A stretch of DNA of 64,000 nt from Planctomycetota bacterium (GTDB taxonomy: Bacteria > Planctomycetota > J058 > JAJDCQ01), in assembly GCA_029260755.1 (NCBI GenBank), contig JAJDCQ010000090.1, forward strand, positions 23,588 through 87,587, written 5' to 3'. A program made the position numbers and the translations under genes. Positions 57,294-64,000 of the stretch are shown one piece after another. The stretch's first letter is position 1. Each line of letters begins with the position of its first letter. Under the pieces are notes generated by a model. The model did not search any database, had not been told where the DNA came from, and saw only the letters and a list, made by a program, of their open reading frames with translations.

Positions 57294-58733
57294 CTACGAC
57301 CGGCGCTCCACCTGAGCCGCCTGCATCTGGATCGGGGGTTGCGCCGGCCCGGGGGCACCGCCACCACCGGCCGGAGCCGGAGGCGTCGCCGCGCCACCGC
57401 CGGCGGGCGGAGCGCCCGCGGAGCCGCGACCCGGAGGACTCGCCGGACGCCCGCCACCGACGCCCGCGGGCTGCCCGCCGCCGACCCCCGCGGGAGGACC
57501 GCCGGCGCCGGCCACCGGTCGACCCGCGGGAGGACCGCCCGCGGCGCCGGCGTTGGCTCCACCCTGATTCGCCAGGTGGCCCATCACCTCGACCGAGTCG
57601 CCGTCGGCCAGGTCGCCGACCGCGATCGTCGACTGGGTCGGACGGTCGAAGATCGTCGCGCTCGTGATGATCTCGACGTGGGCGATCGCGATGCCGGGAC
57701 CGCGGACGATGTCGAAGCTCGGCGGGCTGCCGGCCGCGTCGAGGTTCGCGATCGTGCCGCGGAGCCGCGGCATGCCCGCGTTCGCCGGACGCCCGGTGAC
57801 GCCGGGCGAAGCGCCCGCGCCGCCGTTGCCGCGGCCCGGGTTTCCGCCGGCCGCGCCGCCGCCGGCGCCGCGGCTCGCTCGCGGGTGGTTCCGGTTGATC
57901 TCGACGCTGCTGGCGATGATCGCCGCGCCCGGCGTCGCCTGGGTGAGCGTGCCGTTGACCTTCACGCGGTGGCCGACGGCGAGGTCGCTGAACGCGAGGC
58001 TCGCGCCGGTGCCCTTCTCGAGCAGCGAGGCGCCCTGCGTGTCGACGTCGATCGCGTTGTTGAGCGTGAAGACGGGATCGGCGAGGGCGGTGATGAAGCC
58101 CGCCACGTCGACGACCGGCATGCTCGGCGGGATCCCCGGCGCGCTGCCGGGCGTCCCGGCGACGGCGGCGTCGGTGCCGTTGGTGAGGCGGTAGTCGGTG
58201 CCCGGCGTGACCACCTCGACGACCTGGTCGGGTCGGATGTCGAGCACGATCGCGTTGTTCACCGCGGTGTCGACCGGCGGGAGGAACGCGACCTCGAAGG
58301 CGGGGTTCGGCACGTCGAGCGGCTGAAGCGCGCCGGCGACGTCGACGAAGTGACAGCTCGCCTGGTCGAGGGTGAAGATCAGCGTGCGGTACGAGCCGTT
58401 CGGGACGGTGCCCACCGCGAGCAGGGTCGCCGTGTCCTCGAGCGTCATCAGGTCGAAGTCGACGAACGGCGCGCCGCTCGCGAGCGGCACGTTCACCGGC
58501 TGGCCGGTGTCGTCGATGAGATCGACCTGCGTCACGCGGAGGAAGAGCTCGGCCATCATGCGCCCATCGGCGAGCGCGACCGGCGGCATGTCCTTCACGA
58601 AGACGGCGGTGTCGGAAGACCCCGACGAGCCCGGCGCGATCGCGCCGCCGCCGCTGCTTCCGCCGCTGCTGCACCCGATCGCGGCGGCGAGCATCACCAC
58701 CACGAAGACGACCGTGATCTCTCTCTTGGACAT
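57294..58733 (-). CDS. hypothetical lipoprotein with G/P-rich C-terminal low-complexity region
   Basis: Signal plus lipobox (VVMLAAAIGCSSGG). Beta-rich middle domain. Long GAGGPPAG repeats. Confidence 0.5.
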   Translation of the reverse strand: MSKREITVVFVVVMLAAAIGCSSGGSSGGGAIAPGSSGSSDTAVFVKDMPPVALADGRMMAELFLRVTQVDLIDDTGQPVNVPLASGAPFVDFDLMTLEDTATLLAVGTVPNGSYRTLIFTLDQASCHFVDVAGALQPLDVPNPAFEVAFLPPVDTAVNNAIVLDIRPDQVVEVVTPGTDYRLTNGTDAAVAGTPGSAPGIPPSMPVVDVAGFITALADPVFTLNNAIDVDTQGASLLEKGTGASLAFSDLAVGHRVKVNGTLTQATPGAAIIASSVEINRNHPRASRGAGGGAAGGNPGRGNGGAGASPGVTGRPANAGMPRLRGTIANLDAAGSPPSFDIVRGPGIAIAHVEIITSATIFDRPTQSTIAVGDLADGDSVEVMGHLANQGGANAGAAGGPPAGRPVAGAGGPPAGVGGGQPAGVGGGRPASPPGRGSAGAPPAGGGAATPPAPAGGGGAPGPAQPPIQMQAAQVERRS

Positions 58734-58992
58734 GGCCTGCCTGCTCCTTCGCGCCCTTCCCGACGCTCTCCCTCGGAGACCGGAGCTGTTCGCCGGGACC
58801 TACAGCGAAGGCTGTGCCGACCGCGAGAGTCGCGGGGGCGGATCACGCAAGAGCTCGTGGATCGAGGGAGTTGGGTCGGCTCGGGGCGGGGGCGAGAGGC
58901 GCCGGGCGGGCCGCCAGATCCTGAAGATCTTGTGGGACGAGCGTGTGCCCATCGTTCCCGGCGGGAACGCTACGCCGAGGACGAACGGGTAA

Positions 58993-59139
58993 CGATCCAC
59001 AGATTTCACAGATTCCACAGATTAGGCGCTGCCGAATGCGGTCATCCCTCGCCGAAGGGCACGGCCCCGTTCGGCATCCATCGGCAACGCCTCGGACCCG
59101 CCCGCGGCGATCTGTGTAATCTGTGAAATCTGTGGATCG
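58993..59139. repeat. family-F palindromic element, copy 3
   Basis: CGATCCACAGATTTCACAGATTCCACAGATT ... GATCTGTGTAATCTGTGAAATCTGTGGATCG. Confidence 0.8.
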
Positions 59140-59201
59140 TTTCCCCGCGACGGCAATCACGTGCGCGCGTTCCAGGAACGGGACCGACGAACGGCGTCCG
59201 A

Positions 59202-60672
59202 TCATCCCGGAGGAGGGTAGACCGCCGGATCGACCCCTCCGCCGCGACCGACCAGACGGACGCCGGGGACCGTCGGGCGCGGTTCCGTCGACGCCGACGG
59301 TGGCACGCCGGCGAGCTCGTAGGCGGCGAAGAGACCACCGTCGCCCTCGCTCCGGTGGGGCAGACGCGCGAACGCATCGAGGGCGCGCTCCCCGCGCCGG
59401 AAGGCGTCGCGGAGGGCGGCGCCTCGGGTGTCGTCGACGCCGGGGGCGTGCCGCTCGTACACCCAAACCCGATCGGTCAGACGGCGTGCGCTCACGGTGT
59501 CGAAGCGATGAATGCCTCGGGGTAGGACGAGGGCGACGATCTCTCCGCCCTCTCGGGTCGCGAGCGCGGACGCGAGCATCCCGGGCTCGGGGGAGAAGGT
59601 CGGATCGGCGACGACGACGCTCGCCGCCGGCAGCATCCCGAGGAACATCTCCCACTCCCGCGGGGGCGCCGGCCCCACCACCGCGAGCGTTCCGGGCCTC
59701 TCGCCGGGACCGAGCAGCGCCGCCCGTTCTCGTTCGACACCCTCGACTTCGAACTCCTGGACCCCTTCGGGGAGGGCCAGCCTCACCCGGGTCCCGGGGG
59801 CGACGAACGAGATCGCGCGAAACGCCGGGGCCAGTCGCACCGTCCTCTGGGTTGAAGGGGCCCGCTCCGCGTCCGCGATCAGCGGCGTCAGGAGCGCCCG
59901 CCCCGCCGCGGCGTCCGGCCGCCGCTCTCGCCGGGCGCAGAGCTTCGCGTAGGCGAGGTCGGCGGCGGCGGGGAGGCCCGGAACGAGGTCGCTCGGCCGC
60001 TCCGGCCCGCAGGGCCGCACGCCGGTCAGCGCCTCGTAGAGGATCACGCCCGCGGCGAACACGTCGTGCCCTGGGGCCGGCGGCTCGCCGCGGAGCTTCT
60101 CGGGCGCGGCGTAGGCCGTCGACCCGGGAGGGGGAGCGTCGAGGTCGCGCCAGCTCGGCACGAGCTCGTCTCCGGCGTCGTCGGCCGTCTCGTTCCCGAC
60201 CGATGCGTGCGTGATCGCCGAGACGTCGATGAGACGCGGCGGACCATCGGAGCGCTCGAAGAGGATGTTCTCCGGCTTGAGATCCCCGTGGACGAGACCG
60301 CGGCCGTGGAGCCAGGCGAGCGCGTCGAGGATCGACGCCAGCCAGGCCGCCGCCCGCGCGGGGCTCGGGCGCTCGGCGCCGAGGCGGTCGCGCAGGCTGC
60401 CGGCCGCGCAGAGCGGCGTGACGATCCACCCCACGTCGCCGTCGCGACCGTGGTCGAGGATCGGGAGCACGCCCGGGTGCTCCTCCCCTCTCAGACGCGG
60501 GGCGGTCGCCTCGAGGGCGGCGAGGGCGGGCGCGTCCCGGACGAGCTTGAGCACGACGGGGTACTCCGACGCCGCTCCCTCGACCGCCTCGGCCCGGAAC
60601 ACCTCGCCGTTCGATCCTGCCGCGACCTGGTCCAGAATGGCCCAGCGTCCGATCCGACGGCCCGCTCCCATC
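59202..60672 (-). CDS. non-RD Ser/Thr protein kinase-like protein with uncharacterised C-terminal domain
   Basis: GSNGEVFRA (Gly loop), VVLKLV (beta3 Lys), HGDLKPENILF (HGD instead of HRD), DVS (DFG position), AAPE. The C-terminal half of about 220 aa has no recognised domain. Confidence 0.65.
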
Positions 60673-60764
60673 ACGCTCCCTTCGCACCTACGGCTGACGC
60701 CGGGAGGCCAGTATACTCCGCCAGCAGGCCGGAGCAGGCTTCCGGACGACGCGGAGAACGAGGC

Positions 60765-62624
60765 ATGGCGAGTCCCGAGCCCGAGCAGCACCGACAGCAA
60801 CAGCAACGGGCAGACCCGGCACACGACGTGCTCTCGCAGGAAGAGGTCGACGCGCTCCTCGGCGCCGTCGCCCCCGAGCTCCCCGAAGAAGCGGCGGCCT
60901 CCGAGGAAGAAGCCGCGCCCTGGCCACAGGAGGTAGTCCCCATGCAGCAGTACCAGCAGGAAGTCGCCGTCGAGGTCTTCAGCGATCAGCTCGCCAAGAA
61001 GCGCGCGCCGGGTCCCCGCGCGATGCGCGCCCGCCGCGGCGGCGCGCCCGAGGCGCCCCAGGCGCTCGCCAACGTGGCGGCGCCCGGCGGCGGTGGCGCG
61101 CCGGCCAACCTCGCGCCTCCCCAGGCGCCGATCCAGCTCCGGCCGAAGACCGACACCTACTGGAGCTGGAACGCGCTGCCGAACGAGTGGATCGTCCCGC
61201 TCGGCAAGGCCGGCGCGAAGCCGGTCCTCGGCGGCTCGGTCAGCAAGGTCTGGAACCGCGGCGTCGTCCGCTTCCCGAGCAGCGTCCAGCGGATCGAGTT
61301 CAGCACCGACAACATCTCGAGCGAGAACCAGGGCGTCCTCGTCGAGGGCTGGGCGTGCTGGCGGGTGAGCGACCCCGAGAAGGCGGTCGAGAAGCTCGAC
61401 TTCTCCGACATCAACGTCCCGATGCTCAACACGAGCAAGATCCTCGCGATCGAGTGCGCCGGCATCATGAAGGGCCTCATCTCGGTCAAGACGGTCCAGG
61501 ACCTCCTCAAGCGCCGCGAGGACCTGATCGATCAGATCCGCGAGAAGCTCAAGCCGACCGAGGCGCGCTGGGGTCTCTCCTTCGACGAGCTCGGCATCAG
61601 CGAGGTCCAGATCCTCAGTCAGGACGTCTTCGAGAACCTCCAGCGCCCGTTCCGGAACGAGGCGCGCGAGGTCGCCGCGACCTCCGACCTCGACACCGAG
61701 GAGCGGATCGCGAGCAAGCAGGCCGTCCAGCGCGAGCGGGTCGCCAAGCTCGAGTCCGAGAACGAGACGGCCGTCCACGAGATCCAGATGGCCGAGGAGC
61801 AGAAGCGGCTGCTCCAGGAGCAGGAGATCAGCACCCTCCGGATCGACGAGGAGAAGCGCGTCTCGCTCCAGCGGGAGCAGGCCGAGCGCGAGGTCGAGCG
61901 GGCGCGCGTCGAGGCGGAGCGCCAGGCGACCCTCGCGGCGCTCACCGCCGAGGAGCAGCGGCGCCTGACCGAGCTCCGGGCCGAGGACGAGCGCTCGACC
62001 GAGGAGGAGCGCCTCGAGGCAACCCGGCGCCAGAAGAAGCTCGAGGCCGAGCGAGCGATCGCGATCCAGGAGATGGAGGCCGAGACCGAGCGGACCCTCG
62101 CCGAGCAGCGCGCCGAGGCCGAGCGCGAGCTCGAGCAGGTGAAGCTCGACGCCGCCCGGGCCGAGGCCAGGGAGAAGGCCGAGCTCCAGCGGATCGCGCT
62201 GGCCCAGGACGTCGCCGAGGCGACCCGCAAGCTCGAGGAGGCGCGCAAGGCCGCCGAGGTGGCGATCGCACGCCTCGAGCTCGAGGCCGAGGTCGAGACG
62301 ATCAAGGCGCGGCTCGGCGTGCGGGAGGCGCAGGAGCTGCTCCGCCTGAAGGTGGCCGCCGAGGACCGCAAGATCGGCGGCCAGCTCTCCGACGCCGAGA
62401 TCCGGGCCAAGCTCGTCGAGAGCCTCCCGAGCATCGCCAGCAGCATCAAGGTCGGCGACGTCCGATGGTACGGCGGCGGCCAGGCCGGCGACGTCGGCCC
62501 GGCCGGGATCCTCGGAAAGGCGCTCGATCAGGTGCTCGACATCGCCGAGAGCCACGGGATCACGCTGGGCAAGCGGAGCGGCAACGGCGGCCTGCCCGAG
62601 GGGGAGGTGAGCTCGGAGGGGTGA
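60765..62624 (+). CDS. SPFH/band-7 (flotillin-like) protein with long coiled-coil region
   Basis: SPFH-like N-terminal domain (WIVPLGKAGAKPVLGGSVSKVWNRG...VEGWACWRV). About 300 aa E/R/A-rich coiled coil. Start taken as the ATG at 60765; the upstream part of the ORF overlaps the divergent kinase gene. Confidence 0.65.
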   Translation: MASPEPEQHRQQQQRADPAHDVLSQEEVDALLGAVAPELPEEAAASEEEAAPWPQEVVPMQQYQQEVAVEVFSDQLAKKRAPGPRAMRARRGGAPEAPQALANVAAPGGGGAPANLAPPQAPIQLRPKTDTYWSWNALPNEWIVPLGKAGAKPVLGGSVSKVWNRGVVRFPSSVQRIEFSTDNISSENQGVLVEGWACWRVSDPEKAVEKLDFSDINVPMLNTSKILAIECAGIMKGLISVKTVQDLLKRREDLIDQIREKLKPTEARWGLSFDELGISEVQILSQDVFENLQRPFRNEAREVAATSDLDTEERIASKQAVQRERVAKLESENETAVHEIQMAEEQKRLLQEQEISTLRIDEEKRVSLQREQAEREVERARVEAERQATLAALTAEEQRRLTELRAEDERSTEEERLEATRRQKKLEAERAIAIQEMEAETERTLAEQRAEAERELEQVKLDAARAEAREKAELQRIALAQDVAEATRKLEEARKAAEVAIARLELEAEVETIKARLGVREAQELLRLKVAAEDRKIGGQLSDAEIRAKLVESLPSIASSIKVGDVRWYGGGQAGDVGPAGILGKALDQVLDIAESHGITLGKRSGNGGLPEGEVSSEG

Positions 62625-63046
62625 GGATGATTGGCAGCGCTGATGGGGGCGAAGCGGCGGGCGCTCGGGCTTCTTCGTCCCCGAGGAGAGCCTCCCGACC
62701 CCTTGCGCAGCCCTCCTCGGGGTCACGCGGTTCGCTCACTCCGGTCGTCCATCGGTTCGCTCATGGAGCGGGAGGGCCGATCCGTGTGTCGACCGTCGGG
62801 CGAGAGTCGCACCGTCCGGTGCCTGCCGTCCCGCGGAGGGCAGAGTACCGGGCCGCGATGACGGCGAGCCGTGCGATCACTCGCTGACCCCGGTGGCCAC
62901 GCAGCCGAGCCTTCCGCCCCTTCCTGCGATGCGCGATGCCCCACTCCGCCGGGGTAAGGTGCTACGCTGAAAACCTTAGATTCACCGAAACATCTCCCTC
63001 ACCTCGAGCGTCTAACTGGTGGTCACCGACGCTGAGGGAGTCCCCG

Positions 63047-64000
63047 ATGATCGCACTCACCGAGACGCTCGACCTCCCGCCCTGCGAGGCCGGGCTCGCA
63101 CCCGACGAGGTCCTCCGCCGCCTTCGACGGCTCGCGGAGGTCAGCCACCGCTGCGACGCGACGCTCGCGTACTATCTGCGCGACGTGGAGGTCCGAAAGC
63201 TCCACGATCTCTACGGTCATCCCGACACGCGCCGCTTCGCCGAGGCGATGCTCGATGTCGGTCGCGACAAGACCTACCGCCTCCTCCGCGCCGCTCGCGC
63301 CTGCGAGAGACACTCCGTCGTCCGCGATGCGTTCGAGCGAGGCGAGATCTCCTACGGCAAGGTCGACGAGATCGCCCGGCTCTCCCGCGGAGACGACATC
63401 GAGCGCTGGCTCGATCTCGCCCGCGAAAAGCCGCGGGACGTCCTCCGGGAGGGGATCGACCGCGACGAGCGGTTCCTGCCGCCCGACGGGCCGAACCGGA
63501 TCATCCGCTTCGAGGTCGAGGCCGACCAGTGGAACCGGATCCAGGCCGCCATCGAGAGGGTCCGCCGGGTCGGCGGCGCCGAGGTCGGCCTCGCCGAGGC
63601 GTTCGACGTGATCGCGCACAACTCCCTCGAGACCCCGCTCGACGAGTCCGAGGTCCTCGATCCGCCCGCGGATGCCTGGGCCACGAGTGACGCTCCCGAA
63701 TCGGAGTTGCGCGGCGCACCCGAGGCCGAGCTCGAGCGAGATCGCCTCTTCCGCCAGGACGTGTTGCAGCGCTATGGCTGGATCTGCGCCATCCCCGGCT
63801 GCGGCTGCCGGGTCAACCTGGAGGTCGACCACATCGTGCCGCGATCCCGAGCTCCCGATCGGCGCTGGGACCCGGACAACGTCGCTCCCCTCTGTCGAGG
63901 CCATCACCGGCTCAAGACCGACGGCATCATCGAGATCTCGGGGAAGGCGCCCGACGGAACCCTCATCGTCGAACGACCGCGGGAGTCCCGGGATCGTGCT
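63047..64000 (+). CDS. DUF222-type HNH endonuclease domain protein (3' partial)
   Basis: Own translation from the ATG at 63047, open to the window end. C-terminal HNH motif CAIPGCGCRVNLEVDHIVPRS...LCRGHHRLKT. Confidence 0.6.
   Translation, partial: MIALTETLDLPPCEAGLAPDEVLRRLRRLAEVSHRCDATLAYYLRDVEVRKLHDLYGHPDTRRFAEAMLDVGRDKTYRLLRAARACERHSVVRDAFERGEISYGKVDEIARLSRGDDIERWLDLAREKPRDVLREGIDRDERFLPPDGPNRIIRFEVEADQWNRIQAAIERVRRVGGAEVGLAEAFDVIAHNSLETPLDESEVLDPPADAWATSDAPESELRGAPEAELERDRLFRQDVLQRYGWICAIPGCGCRVNLEVDHIVPRSRAPDRRWDPDNVAPLCRGHHRLKTDGIIEISGKAPDGTLIVERPRESRDRA

Noticed and set aside
60066-60764. N-terminal 233 codons of the plus ORF 60066-62624
   Set aside because: They overlap the divergent kinase gene and are R/G-rich without features. 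The ATG at 60765 is taken as the flotillin start.
60673-62726. Upstream 2 kb of the 1174-aa minus ORF 59202-62726
   Set aside because: Only the first about 490 aa (59202-60672) show kinase motifs. The rest is antisense to the flotillin gene, which has a coherent SPFH plus coiled-coil translation.
404-64000. Looked for CRISPR arrays, rRNA, tRNA
   Set aside because: No regularly spaced direct repeats with unique spacers. The palindromic repeats found are dispersed, not arrayed. No cloverleaf or rRNA-like conserved stretches recognised by eye.

Overview
This is a 64 kb stretch of a high-GC (about 70 %) bacterial chromosome. Coding density is high, and every intergenic region is small (the widest are about 0.65 kb). 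The gene content tentatively suggests a Myxococcota- or Planctomycetota-like organism; that call is low confidence. The clues are eukaryotic-like Ser/Thr kinases, an NHL-propeller protein, a VWA protein, KA-rich histone-H1-like tails and many prenyltransferase/squalene-oxidase-repeat proteins.

Housekeeping genes I recognise are rlmN, rsmA(ksgA), dnaE, dapA, pdxS/pdxT with a divergent MocR-type pdxR, yggS, a pcnB-like poly(A) polymerase, a SurA-like PPIase, a DRG/OBG-like GTPase, an SDR, a glutamine-synthetase-family enzyme and a split methylmalonyl-CoA mutase. Between them lie many secreted, membrane or hypothetical proteins.

Features not explained by ordinary annotation:
- Three families of about 100-160 bp palindromic MITE/REP-like intergenic elements. 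Family A has 5 copies, family F has 3 and family G has 1. In all three, the terminal inverted repeats are built from 2-3 tandem 8-9 bp units.
- A 343 bp composite palindrome at 901-1243 with cUUCGg-type hairpins.
- A small secreted triheme c-type cytochrome that overlaps rlmN.
- A tandem trio of N-terminally membrane-anchored squalene-cyclase-fold paralogs at 43.5-48.6 kb. A conserved NCGCAA-N4-TTGCGN palindrome sits upstream of two of them. I consider this the best candidate for an undescribed system.
- A pcnB whose catalytic core carries a roughly 250-residue disordered insertion, with a second low-complexity region ending in a KA-rich tail after the catalytic core.
- A divergent non-RD Ser/Thr kinase / flotillin gene pair followed by a DUF222-HNH nuclease gene at the window edge.

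No rRNA, tRNA or CRISPR array was recognised. All coordinates rest on the supplied ORF track plus manual reading of the sequence. Start codons are approximate where noted.
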